DNA of 64,000 nt from an uncultured Actinomycetes bacterium (GTDB lineage Bacteria > SZUA-79 > Acidulodesulfobacterales > Acidulodesulfobacteraceae), in NCBI GenBank assembly GCA_964631685.1, contig CAZVZU010000005.1, forward strand, positions 67,908-131,907, in the 5' to 3' direction. Positions within the stretch are counted from its first letter, which is position 1. Each line of letters opens with the position of its first letter. The position numbers and the translations under genes were made by a program. This document shows positions 20,661-30,512 of this stretch, in pieces. The notes below the pieces were generated by a model. That model searched no databases and was not told where the DNA came from. It worked only from the letters and a program-made list of their open reading frames with translations.

Positions 20661-20711
20661 TAAATTAAGCAAACAAAAATATTTGCTTAATTTATTTAAA
20701 TGTGTTAGATT
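20661..20711 (+). promoter_or_regulatory. Inverted repeat plus probable rpsA promoter
   Basis: 13-bp IR TAAATTAAGCAAA/TTTGCTTAATTTA; TTGCTT-17bp-TAGATT. Confidence 0.5.
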
Positions 20712-20746
20712 GGTCATATCAATTTTAGGAGGGAGTATCGATATTT

Positions 20747-22360
20747 ATGGCAAAGCAAAATTTTAATCAGGACATGTCTTCAGGAAAGGATCCAACGGAG
20801 TTTGAGCTTTTACTTGGTGCTTACGAAAATATGAATACCAAGGGACTCATCAGGCAGGGAAAGGTGTTAAATATTGATGAAAAGTATATTTATGTCGATG
20901 TAGGGGATAAATCTGACGGGATTATCACGGTTGAGGAGGTTTCGTCCGGAGGCAGTGTAGATATTACGGCTATGGTCACAGGCGATACTATTGAGGTCTT
21001 TGTTGGGCATTATGACGATAAGGTCGGATATTTAATATGTTCGAGGGAGAAAGCGAAAAGCGTATACGCACTTGATGATATTGAGAGGGTTTGTAATGAC
21101 GATGAGGTGATAACCGGAACTGTTGTAGCAAAGACGAGAGGCGGATTAATCATCGATTTGAACGGCGTTACCGCATTTTTACCCGGTTCTCAAATAGATG
21201 TTAAACTTACGAAGGATTTTGATGTTTTCCTTGGGAAAAGTCTTGAAGTAAAGGTTATAAGCGTGAACAAGAGAAATTGTAACGTTATAGTTTCAAGGCG
21301 TAAGGTCATAGAAGATGCAATTAAAAAATTAAGGGAAAATGTTTTAACAGAGATAAAAGAAGGAGATGTGCTTGAAGGCATAGTTAAAAATATTACAGAT
21401 TACGGAGTCTTTGTAGATTTAGGGGGCATGGATGGACTTATTTACATAACGGATATTTCGTGGAAAAGAATATCACACCCTTCGGAAGTGTTGAATCTCG
21501 GACAAAAAATAAATGTAAAGGTTATTAAATACGACGAAGAAAAACATAGGGTCTCGCTTGGTTATAAGCAGCTTTTCAAAGATCCGTGGGAGGATATACT
21601 TGAAAGGCATAAACAGGGCGATATAGTTTCCGGTGTCGTGATTAACATTACGGATTACGGCGCATTTATTGAGCTTGATGACGATGTTGAAGGTCTCATA
21701 CATGTTTCTGAAATGAGTTGGGATAAAAGGTCCGTTGATTTGAAAACCTTCCTGACAAAAGGGCAGAGAATTGATGTATTAATTTTAAATATTGAGCCTG
21801 AAACCAAAAAGCTTTCATTGAGCATAAAGAGACTTACGGAAAGCCCGTGGAACAAGTTGAAAGATAGGTACGCTGTAGATACCATTGTAGAAGGGATAGT
21901 TAAAAATATATATGAGTTTGGTATATCCGTTGAATTAGATGAAAATTTTGATGCATATATCAAACAAAGTGATTTTTCTTGGTCAAAAAGAACGAAGCAT
22001 CCCCAAGAACTATTTAAAGTGGGAGAAAGTATCAAGTGTGTTGTTTTAAACATCGATGAGGACAGACAAAGGATATTCTTAGGTATAAAACAACTCACAG
22101 AGAGTCCATGGAAAAATGTTAAGGATAAATATTCGGTCGGAATGAATGTTTCGGGTGTTGTGTCTAATATTACAGAATTTGGAATATTCGTTCTTCTTGA
22201 AGACGGTATTGAGGGTTTAATTCATAATTCAAAGATTCCTGATAGCTTTGCTGAAAAAGTTAGTATTACTGCGGGATCAGATATAGATGCCGAGATAATT
22301 ATGGTAGATTCGAATGAACAAAAGATCGGTCTATCACTCCTGCATCATGGACAGGGTTAA
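20747..22360 (+). CDS. rpsA: 30S ribosomal protein S1
   Basis: Tandem S1 domains (VKNITDYGVFVDLGG, GLIHVSEMSW), AFLPGSQ. Confidence 0.96.
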   Translation: MAKQNFNQDMSSGKDPTEFELLLGAYENMNTKGLIRQGKVLNIDEKYIYVDVGDKSDGIITVEEVSSGGSVDITAMVTGDTIEVFVGHYDDKVGYLICSREKAKSVYALDDIERVCNDDEVITGTVVAKTRGGLIIDLNGVTAFLPGSQIDVKLTKDFDVFLGKSLEVKVISVNKRNCNVIVSRRKVIEDAIKKLRENVLTEIKEGDVLEGIVKNITDYGVFVDLGGMDGLIYITDISWKRISHPSEVLNLGQKINVKVIKYDEEKHRVSLGYKQLFKDPWEDILERHKQGDIVSGVVINITDYGAFIELDDDVEGLIHVSEMSWDKRSVDLKTFLTKGQRIDVLILNIEPETKKLSLSIKRLTESPWNKLKDRYAVDTIVEGIVKNIYEFGISVELDENFDAYIKQSDFSWSKRTKHPQELFKVGESIKCVVLNIDEDRQRIFLGIKQLTESPWKNVKDKYSVGMNVSGVVSNITEFGIFVLLEDGIEGLIHNSKIPDSFAEKVSITAGSDIDAEIIMVDSNEQKIGLSLLHHGQG

Positions 22361-22387
22361 CGAATATAAATAAAACTATTATTAAGC

Positions 22388-23314
22388 ATGAGAACAGATA
22401 GACATCCTTTTCTAGCTGGTTTATTTTTTGTATTTTTATTTGTTTGTGTAGTAGTGTTTGGTATATATATTGTTTTAATTAAACTTCAGGTGAAGTCCGG
22501 TTATGATGTGGTTTCGGGTACTTCCCCGTATGCGATTGGGATAATAAATCTTACTGGCACAATACACAGTTCATTGAGTTTTATATCTATTCTTAATCAT
22601 TATAGGCATGAAAGTGATATTAAGGCCATTGTTATTAGGGTTAATTCGCCCGGTGGAGAGGTTGCTCCGTCTCAGGCAATATATGAGCAGTTAACGAAGT
22701 TTAAAAAATATAAAAAGGTCGTGGTCTCGATGGGGTCTGTTGCTGCATCGGGGGCTTATTATATTTCATCTGCAGCTAATGAAATAGTTGCAGAGCCCGG
22801 AACATTAACCGGTTCGATCGGTGTTATCATGGAAATGCCTAATGTACATAAGCTAATGAAGAGGGTCGGCATATCCTACAACTACATTGTGAGTGGCCCA
22901 TATAAAGACATTGGAACGCCTTTCAAAAAAATGTCTCCAGAACAAAGAGAGAAACTTCAAGGCGTTGTAATGAACGTGTACGAACAGTTCGTGGAAGCTG
23001 TTGCAAAGGGTAGAAATCTTAAGGTTAAATACGTTAAGAAACTTGCGAATGGAATGGTTTATTCCGGACAGCAGGCTCTCGCATATCATCTTGTTGATAA
23101 GCTCGGCGATTTTGAAGATGCAATTCATGCGGCTAAGGTACTATCTGGTATAAAAGGCAAACCTACCCTTGTTTATCCTGCCACTAGGCAACGTGGCTTT
23201 CTTCAATATATTATAAAAAAGGCGGTAAAATCATTTGTTGATTATGTAGGTGATAGAACATTTTTGAAGGGTTCAGGGCTTGTGGCGTATAACAATATGG
23301 AACTAAATTTTTAA
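22388..23314 (+). CDS. sppA: Signal peptide peptidase SppA
   Basis: N-terminal TM, RVNSPGG, AASGAYY, TGSIGV. Confidence 0.93.
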   Translation: MRTDRHPFLAGLFFVFLFVCVVVFGIYIVLIKLQVKSGYDVVSGTSPYAIGIINLTGTIHSSLSFISILNHYRHESDIKAIVIRVNSPGGEVAPSQAIYEQLTKFKKYKKVVVSMGSVAASGAYYISSAANEIVAEPGTLTGSIGVIMEMPNVHKLMKRVGISYNYIVSGPYKDIGTPFKKMSPEQREKLQGVVMNVYEQFVEAVAKGRNLKVKYVKKLANGMVYSGQQALAYHLVDKLGDFEDAIHAAKVLSGIKGKPTLVYPATRQRGFLQYIIKKAVKSFVDYVGDRTFLKGSGLVAYNNMELNF

Positions 23315-23317
23315 TTT

Positions 23318-23803
23318 ATGGAAATTATTTATGCCCCGTGGCGTATGGATTATTTAGTTAGAGATAAATCAAAAGATGAATGTGTTTTTTGTGAGGGTAA
23401 TGTCTGTTTTGAAGATAGGTATGTCCTTTTTAAAGGGGAGCATTCGTACATAAAACTTAATACATTTCCCTATAATTGCGGTCATATTCTCGTTATTCCT
23501 ATGACACATGCCAAAGAACTTAATGGACTTTCGCTGGAGGCAGGTACCGAGATCATGAAGCTTTTGTCTATAAGTTGCGATATTTTAAAAAAGGTTTATC
23601 ATTGCGATGCCATAAATGTAGGATTGAATTTAGGCAAAGCTGCAGGGGCAGGCATTGAGCAGCATTTACATTTTCATATAATTCCAAGGTGGGATGGAGA
23701 TGTTAGTTTCTATACCGTTTGCTCCGAATTGAGGGTTGTTTCTGAGATATTAGACGATACATATGACAAGTTAATAGGTGATTTTAAGAAAATAAAGCTA
23801 TAA
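23318..23803 (+). CDS. HIT-family nucleotide hydrolase
   Basis: APWR, FPYNCGH, AGAGI, HLHFHIIPRW. Confidence 0.92.
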   Translation: MEIIYAPWRMDYLVRDKSKDECVFCEGNVCFEDRYVLFKGEHSYIKLNTFPYNCGHILVIPMTHAKELNGLSLEAGTEIMKLLSISCDILKKVYHCDAINVGLNLGKAAGAGIEQHLHFHIIPRWDGDVSFYTVCSELRVVSEILDDTYDKLIGDFKKIKL

Positions 23804-23843
23804 ATTCAAAGTTGTTTAAGATTTATCTACGCAGGAGGAACAA

Positions 23844-24101
23844 ATGGTTAAGTTTACAAATCTCGTACTATTGATTATTTTTGTCGTTGTTGTGTTGGTA
23901 TTTACTGCAGATAATCCTGAGCGTGTGAGTATAGTATTTTTTGGTATGCAGTCTATAAAACTCCCCATCTCTGTTATAGTATTTTCCTCAATTGTAATCG
24001 GTATTCTAATTGCTCTTGTATATCATTTTTACGCCGTATATATGCTTAAAAAAAGATTGAAGGGCGAAAGAGGCAAGGCTACGACAACCAGCTCTATTTA
24101 A
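23844..24101 (+). CDS. LapA-family small membrane protein
   Basis: Two TM helices, basic C-terminal tail, typical position after rpsA-sppA-HIT. Confidence 0.7.
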   Translation: MVKFTNLVLLIIFVVVVLVFTADNPERVSIVFFGMQSIKLPISVIVFSSIVIGILIALVYHFYAVYMLKKRLKGERGKATTTSSI

Positions 24102-24109
24102 CTGCGTAG

Positions 24110-25045
24110 ATGTTAAGCCTTCAAAAAATAGTCGTCATAGGGGGAGTAACTTGTTCAGGAAAAACAGAAGTATCCCTTAAACTGGCGGAATTATTTCCTT
24201 CCGAATTTGAGATTGTCAATTTTGATTCGCTTTGTTTTTATAGATATTTTAATATCGGAACAGCAAAGCCTTCGTGGGACAATAAAAAGAGTCTTAGACA
24301 CCATCTTTTTGACATAAAATACCCAGATGAGAACTATAATGCACACGATTTTGCCAGAGATGCAAAGTGTGTTATCCGCGATATATTTAAAAGGGGCAGG
24401 GTCCCTCTTTTTGTCGGTGGTACAGCCCTCTACATGAAATCTCTGCTTTACGGTATGTCTCCTATCCCTGAAATAGACAAGGTGAAATATAGAGATAAAA
24501 CAATTGAATTGATTGAGAAAATAGGTGTTACGGCCGTTTACGAAAAGCTCAAGGAGATTGATCCGCTATACGCAAAAAAAATATCTCAAAACGATAAACA
24601 AAGGGTAGCAAGGGCATATGAAGTTTATGAAGCAACGGGTAAGACCTTTTCTTCTTATTTGTCTGCAAATCCGTTTGGAAAATCTGTCTATGATTGTATA
24701 TATTTTATTTTAATTCCTCCTAGAGATTCTCTCGAATCGCGTATACTAAAAAGAACGAATAATATTTTAAAAGAGGGTCTGATGGATGAAATATATAGTA
24801 TAATCAATAGGGGTTATTCTCGTAATCTAAAGCCGTTTAAAAGCATAGGCTACAAGGAAGGTCTTATGTATTTAAACGGTGAGCTCAAAACGACCGAAGA
24901 GTTGATTAATAGTATTGTTATTGCTACCAGACAATATGCAAAAAGGCAGGCAACTTATTTTAAGAAGGTAGAAAATGGTATAATAATGATGTCGACCGAT
25001 CCGAAAGAAAGAATGAAAACTATAAGGTTACGGTTAGGCATATAA
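24110..25045 (+). CDS. miaA: tRNA dimethylallyltransferase
   Basis: GVTCSGKT, IGTAKP, VGGTALY, IGYKE, TRQYAKRQ. Confidence 0.95.
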   Translation: MLSLQKIVVIGGVTCSGKTEVSLKLAELFPSEFEIVNFDSLCFYRYFNIGTAKPSWDNKKSLRHHLFDIKYPDENYNAHDFARDAKCVIRDIFKRGRVPLFVGGTALYMKSLLYGMSPIPEIDKVKYRDKTIELIEKIGVTAVYEKLKEIDPLYAKKISQNDKQRVARAYEVYEATGKTFSSYLSANPFGKSVYDCIYFILIPPRDSLESRILKRTNNILKEGLMDEIYSIINRGYSRNLKPFKSIGYKEGLMYLNGELKTTEELINSIVIATRQYAKRQATYFKKVENGIIMMSTDPKERMKTIRLRLGI

Positions 25046-25057
25046 ATTAAGAAATTA

Positions 25058-26641
25058 ATGATAGATATCAGTGGAAATTCCATCAGACATTATTTGCTTG
25101 AAATCTTTAATAAATACGGGTATAGCAATGACGGAATGGATGCGATCGAGCGGTTGTGCTCATTTGCGAGGGATGTCGGATATAATTCATTTTTAGTAGG
25201 CGGATTAGTGAGAGATCTTTTGATATACAATATGAAAGTTAACCCTAAGACGTCCTCTCGTTTTAAATCTGCGAATATCTTTAACGTATTCGATAAAGTA
25301 ATTTGTAGAAATGCTTGTCTTGATATAGATATTGTACTAGAGGGTGATGCCGAACGATTTGCCGAATTATTAAGGGAAAGAAGTGATGTTGGTTACATAC
25401 CCGATTCTATAAAAATTTACAAAAAGTTTAGAACTGCTTCTGTTAAGTTTTTAATTAATAAAAAGTTTTTAAAAATAGATTTGGCTTCGACAAGAACGGA
25501 AAAATACCAAAATCACGGTGCGCTTCCTATAGTCAATATAAATGGAGCAAGTATTGCAAAAGACGTCATTAGGCGGGATTTTACGATAAATACGCTCTCT
25601 CTTAATATTAATACGGGTGTTTTGAAAGATGCTACGTGCCCATTAAGCCTTGCCGAACATTCATTTTTGGAAGTAAAAGATTATGCGGGTGGGTTATCCG
25701 ACATATTAAACAAAAAAATCAGAGTATTGCACGATTTAAGTTTCAAAGAGGATCCTACTAGAATAATTAGAGCCGTTAAGTTTGAGAAGAGACTTGGATT
25801 TAATATTGAAAAACATACTAAAAATCTAATCAAGGAAGCGATAGAATTTGGGGCAATAGATAATGTTTCGGGAAAGAGAATAGTTGCCGAATTGAAACTT
25901 TTATTGAATGAAAAAAGTTCATGGATGTATTTTGAAAGGCTTGATAAGCTAAGTGTACTTAGGGCTATTTGTTCAAATTTAAAATTTGATAATTATACAA
26001 AATCGGTTTTCAAAAAAATTCACCGTATAGAAATGATGTATTGTTTGACTAACCGTTTTGTGGTATATGGAAGGCAAATTGCGATAGGTAAGGAAAATAG
26101 GAACAAAGACCGCTTGTTCATATTTTATATCGCAGCGCTTTTACGCCACCTAAGCTCAATTGATTTTGATGTGGCGGTTAAAAGATTGTCGTTGGACAAA
26201 AAAATTAAAAAAATAATAGAGTCTACGTATATGGAAGCGGATAATATATACGATATTGAGAAAAAAAATGGAGTGGCGTCATATGAATGCGACGGATTTT
26301 TAAAATTAAAAAATAGTGAAATATACCTCATGTTTAGAAATTTTAGTGAAAATGGGATTTTGTTTTATCTTTTAGAAAATGACAATAAAACTGCGAGGAG
26401 TTTAAATTTTAAAAAATGGGTTATAAAATATTTAAATAAGATAAGATTTATAGAGCCTGTAATTGATGGAAATGAAGTTAAATCTCTCGGTATTTGCGAG
26501 GGACCGTTATGCGGCGCTATATTGGAGGAAATTAAACTTTTAAAGATAGATGGAAGGCTTAAATCTAGAAGAGCAGAGATTCTTTATATTAAAAACAAAT
26601 ACATCCTTAATAAAAAAATGGAGGTGTTAAAAGATGATTGA
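25058..26641 (+). CDS. Class II tRNA nucleotidyltransferase (CCA- or A-adding type)
   Basis: VGGLVRD, DIDIV, RRDFTIN, EDPTRIIR. Confidence 0.88.
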   Translation: MIDISGNSIRHYLLEIFNKYGYSNDGMDAIERLCSFARDVGYNSFLVGGLVRDLLIYNMKVNPKTSSRFKSANIFNVFDKVICRNACLDIDIVLEGDAERFAELLRERSDVGYIPDSIKIYKKFRTASVKFLINKKFLKIDLASTRTEKYQNHGALPIVNINGASIAKDVIRRDFTINTLSLNINTGVLKDATCPLSLAEHSFLEVKDYAGGLSDILNKKIRVLHDLSFKEDPTRIIRAVKFEKRLGFNIEKHTKNLIKEAIEFGAIDNVSGKRIVAELKLLLNEKSSWMYFERLDKLSVLRAICSNLKFDNYTKSVFKKIHRIEMMYCLTNRFVVYGRQIAIGKENRNKDRLFIFYIAALLRHLSSIDFDVAVKRLSLDKKIKKIIESTYMEADNIYDIEKKNGVASYECDGFLKLKNSEIYLMFRNFSENGILFYLLENDNKTARSLNFKKWVIKYLNKIRFIEPVIDGNEVKSLGICEGPLCGAILEEIKLLKIDGRLKSRRAEILYIKNKYILNKKMEVLKDD

Positions 26642-28022
26642 GTTTAGTTTCAAATATGCCTTAAAGTCTGCAATAGGAGAAAATGGGATAGAGGAGGCAG
26701 AGATCCGTTCATTGGAAGGGGATATCGTTAAGGCAAGAAGAAGGCTTAACGAGTTACGGCGAAACAGAGAGATTGGCTTTTATGATGAGATAAGTAATAT
26801 AGAAATGGTTAAGACAGTGAAAGACACCGCGGATAGACTATTTTCAAAAGATTTAGATACATTGTATGTTTTTGGTATGGGCGGGTCATCACTTGGGGCA
26901 ATATTTTTAAGGGAAGCCCTGCAAGGTATCTCTCCCAACAACGGTGATGAAGATCAAAAAACGGGGAGCGGGATTTTTAATAAAAGTGTTAATGTTATTT
27001 TTTCTGAAAATATAGATCCGGTATATCTGCGTAAAAATATTGAAAATATTAATATCAGAAAGACCTTGTTTTGCTTTGTGACAAAGTCCGCTGATACCAT
27101 AGAAATTGTATCCCAATTTTTTGTCATTAAAGAAATGCTCAAAAATATAATGGAAGATTATAATGGTAATCTTTTGTTTATCACTGACAAAAAGAGTGGA
27201 TTTTTAAGGCATTATGCTGATGAAAACGGTTTAAATGTCTTGGATATTGCGAAAAATGTCGGAGGAAGATATTCCATCGTGACTGCAGGGACCCTTTTTC
27301 CAGCATATGTGATGGGCATAGATATTGATATGTTCTTACATGGGGCAATTTCTTACAGAGATAACATGTTGAATAAGGGAGTTTTTGAAAATAATCCCGT
27401 TTATTCTTTGGCGGCTATAATTTATCTTTACTATAGTCGAAAAAAAAGAAATATATTTGTAATGAATGTGTATAGTGATTATTTAAGAGAGTTTTCGAGA
27501 TGGTTCAGACAACTTTTTGCTGAAAGTCTTGGAAAAGATCTGATATCACCAACCCCCGTTCCCGCGACAGGGGCTACCGATCAACATTCACAACTTCAAC
27601 TTTATATGCAGGGACCTCAGGATAAACTGATAGGTTTTTTTTGTTTAAAGAGTTTTCATAAGGATTATCTTATAAATACGGCGGGATTTAAAGAGTATGA
27701 TTATTTAAGTGGTAAAAAAATGTCCGAACTTCTCATTAACGAGCTCAGCGGTGTTGAGCTTGCGCTTGCCATCGGCGGAAGACCTTCGTTTAGGGTTATA
27801 TTAGACAAAATTGACAATTTTACGCTTGGAGAATTATCATTCATGTGTATGGAAACAATTTCCGTTTTAGGAATGCTTTTGAAAATTAATCCCTTTGATC
27901 AACCTGGGGTAGAAAAAGGAAAAAAATTTGCTTACTTGTTGATGGGCAGAAGGGATGAGTCTCTGTCTAAAGAATTGGCAGAGTTAAACAGGCTAAATAA
28001 TATACCGGATTTGAGATACTAA
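26634..28022 (+). CDS. pgi: Glucose-6-phosphate isomerase
   Basis: GMGGSSLG, VGGRYS, QLFAESLGK, DQHSQLQ, NPFDQPGVE. Confidence 0.94.
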   Translation: MIEFSFKYALKSAIGENGIEEAEIRSLEGDIVKARRRLNELRRNREIGFYDEISNIEMVKTVKDTADRLFSKDLDTLYVFGMGGSSLGAIFLREALQGISPNNGDEDQKTGSGIFNKSVNVIFSENIDPVYLRKNIENINIRKTLFCFVTKSADTIEIVSQFFVIKEMLKNIMEDYNGNLLFITDKKSGFLRHYADENGLNVLDIAKNVGGRYSIVTAGTLFPAYVMGIDIDMFLHGAISYRDNMLNKGVFENNPVYSLAAIIYLYYSRKKRNIFVMNVYSDYLREFSRWFRQLFAESLGKDLISPTPVPATGATDQHSQLQLYMQGPQDKLIGFFCLKSFHKDYLINTAGFKEYDYLSGKKMSELLINELSGVELALAIGGRPSFRVILDKIDNFTLGELSFMCMETISVLGMLLKINPFDQPGVEKGKKFAYLLMGRRDESLSKELAELNRLNNIPDLRY

Positions 28023-28055
28023 AATCAAGGAATATATATTAAAAATAATCACTAG

Positions 28056-29219
28056 ATGATTCAAAAAGCCATACTCATAGGTATCAATAAAGCATTTGAA
28101 GGTAAAGGCAGGGAGAAAAGCGAGGATTCGCTTAAAGAGCTTGCTTTATTGGCAGAAACGGCCGGTGCCACTAGTGCAGGCGAGGTTTTAAAAACGGTTA
28201 AGAGGATTGATCCCGCTTATTATTTATCCAAGGGAATGATTGAAGAGATTAAAGAGCTGACAATTACAAACACGGCGGATTTAGTGATTATAGATGTTAA
28301 CTTGAGCCCAGCCCAAGAAAGGAATATGTCGGAGTACATGGGCGTGAATGTGATAGACAGGACAAGGTTAATTCTAGATATATTTGCCATGCGGGCGGGA
28401 ACAGCCGAGAGCAAGTATCAGGTAGAGCTTGCGATGCTAAATTATGTTTTGCCTAGGCTTAAGGGGATCGGCACTATGCTTTCGAGAACAGGAGCCGGTA
28501 TAGGAACAAGGGGTCCGGGAGAAACTAAATTAGAAACAGATAGGAGAAAGATAAGGCAAAGAATATCCTACATAAAAAATAAGCTTAAATTGGCTGAGAA
28601 AACAAGAATTCTACATAGGGCTACAAGGAAAAAACATGCTTTGCCGATAGCAACACTTGTTGGCTATACTAATTCAGGAAAAACAACCTTGCTAGCCGCT
28701 TTGACCGGAAAAGGTAAGGGTGGAGAAAATAGGCTTTTTGCTACGCTTGGAACAAAAATGGCGTCTATTTATGATGTACGTGATAAAAGGAAGGTTATAA
28801 TATCAGATACGGTTGGTTTCATCCAAAACTTACCACCATTCTTGGTTAAATCATTTAAGTCAACCCTTGAAGAGGCGGTTTGTTCGGATGTTCTGATACA
28901 TGTCGTGGATCCTATTCAAGAAGATGCTTTGTATAAATTAGAAGAAGTTGTGAAGATACTAGATTCTATTGGTGTGAATGAAAAAAAGACGATATTAGTT
29001 TTAAATAAGATAGATATGTTAACCCCTGAACACGTGAAATTTTTGCAGAACAAACTGGAACAGCTCACGGGTAATGTCGTGATACCTATTTCTGCAAAAA
29101 CGGGTGATAACATTGGTGTGCTGAAGGAAAAAATATTTAACGCGATGCCATCTCCGCGCAGGTACGGAAAATCCCGGCTATATTCTAGGTATGAACAAGC
29201 TTCAGATACAGAGCGGTAA
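28056..29219 (+). CDS. hflX: GTPase HflX
   Basis: GTRGPGETKLE, GYTNSGKT, LFATL, DTVGFI, NKID. Confidence 0.95.
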   Translation: MIQKAILIGINKAFEGKGREKSEDSLKELALLAETAGATSAGEVLKTVKRIDPAYYLSKGMIEEIKELTITNTADLVIIDVNLSPAQERNMSEYMGVNVIDRTRLILDIFAMRAGTAESKYQVELAMLNYVLPRLKGIGTMLSRTGAGIGTRGPGETKLETDRRKIRQRISYIKNKLKLAEKTRILHRATRKKHALPIATLVGYTNSGKTTLLAALTGKGKGGENRLFATLGTKMASIYDVRDKRKVIISDTVGFIQNLPPFLVKSFKSTLEEAVCSDVLIHVVDPIQEDALYKLEEVVKILDSIGVNEKKTILVLNKIDMLTPEHVKFLQNKLEQLTGNVVIPISAKTGDNIGVLKEKIFNAMPSPRRYGKSRLYSRYEQASDTER

Positions 29220-29234
29220 TTAGGAGGGTATACT

Positions 29235-29816
29235 ATGAAAAACGGAGTTTATCGTATTTCCATAATGATATTTTTGATTTTTACCTTATCTGTTTATATT
29301 GTAGGTTGCGCTTATAATCCGGCAAGTATTACCATTAATGAACCGCTCACAAGTTTTAAATATAAAAAGGTCGAAATAGACAAACTTATAAAGAATCGTA
29401 ATCTGAGAATGGCGTCAATTTATCTTAATAAAATGATTAGTAATAATGACCATTTTTTTTATGCTTATCTGCATTTGGCGGTAATTGGTGCAATGTTCGG
29501 TGATAAAAAAAGATGTACTAAATATCTATCGCTGTCTAAAAGCTATATTCATTCAAGGCAGGACAAATTAGAATATCTTTTTTATAAAATAAAAATTAAT
29601 TTAATAAATAGACAGAAGGGTTATTTTGACTCATCAATGGAAATTATTTCCAAGTTAAAAGAAAACGGAGCTAATGTAGGGCGGCTTAATTACTATGAGG
29701 GTTTATTGTTTTTTTATCATGGCGATTTCTCAAGTGCATTAAAATTCTTTAAAACGGTAGTAAAACTAAATTCAAGCTATAAGAGGTATGCTAAAAATGC
29801 GATTAACAAGATCTAA
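29235..29816 (+). CDS. Putative TPR-like lipoprotein
   Basis: Signal peptide with lipobox IVGC; TPR-like C-terminal helices (YYEGLLFF...ALKFFK). Confidence 0.6.
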   Translation: MKNGVYRISIMIFLIFTLSVYIVGCAYNPASITINEPLTSFKYKKVEIDKLIKNRNLRMASIYLNKMISNNDHFFYAYLHLAVIGAMFGDKKRCTKYLSLSKSYIHSRQDKLEYLFYKIKINLINRQKGYFDSSMEIISKLKENGANVGRLNYYEGLLFFYHGDFSSALKFFKTVVKLNSSYKRYAKNAINKI

Positions 29817-30510
29817 TAAATTTTTGCCAATTTTATTTATATTTATTTTTTTATATCTACTTTTAAGTGTTTTTTTGAAAAATGGTTACGCTTTAAATAT
29901 AAAAGTGGAAACATATGTCGTGACTCCGGATAATAGCGGCGGAGAATTACAATCTGTAGCTATAAGTAAAGCGCTTAAGTTAGCTCTAAAAAAAGCTGTA
30001 AGTAAATTAATAGGTGAGCAAATGACTTTAAATAAAGATAATAGTGATATGATAGAAATAATAAATAAAAGTATTTTTTCTAATAAGATGAAATATATTT
30101 ACTCGTTTAAGATTATAAAAGCAAAAGGCTATCTCAATCTTTATTATATTAATATAAATGTTTCAATTAGAGAGAAGGAGCTGAGGAGCCGGCTTGAAGA
30201 TTTAGGATTTAATGTTGTCAAAAATATTTCAGTAGATCAGGCTGTCAAGTATAATACCTATTACATTAAATTTATGGGTAAATACAAGTATGCCGATTCC
30301 AATAAATTACAAAAATTAATGATTAAGTACTCTAAGCACTTAAAAAACCTCTATGTATCATCTTTTTCGGTTAATTTTGTGGAGATTAAGATTTTATATT
30401 ACGGAAGTATTATAAGGCTCTTAAAAAGTGTGAAGAGTAAAGTAAAAACATACTTAGACGCCGATGTATATCCGGTTAAAGGGGGCGTGATAGTCGTTGA
30501 TGTTAATTAA
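29788..30510 (+). CDS. Hypothetical exported/membrane-anchored protein
   Basis: 240-aa ORF with N-terminal hydrophobic segment, overlapping the previous gene. Confidence 0.6.
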   Translation: MLKMRLTRSNKFLPILFIFIFLYLLLSVFLKNGYALNIKVETYVVTPDNSGGELQSVAISKALKLALKKAVSKLIGEQMTLNKDNSDMIEIINKSIFSNKMKYIYSFKIIKAKGYLNLYYININVSIREKELRSRLEDLGFNVVKNISVDQAVKYNTYYIKFMGKYKYADSNKLQKLMIKYSKHLKNLYVSSFSVNFVEIKILYYGSIIRLLKSVKSKVKTYLDADVYPVKGGVIVVDVN

Positions 30511-30512
30511 TA

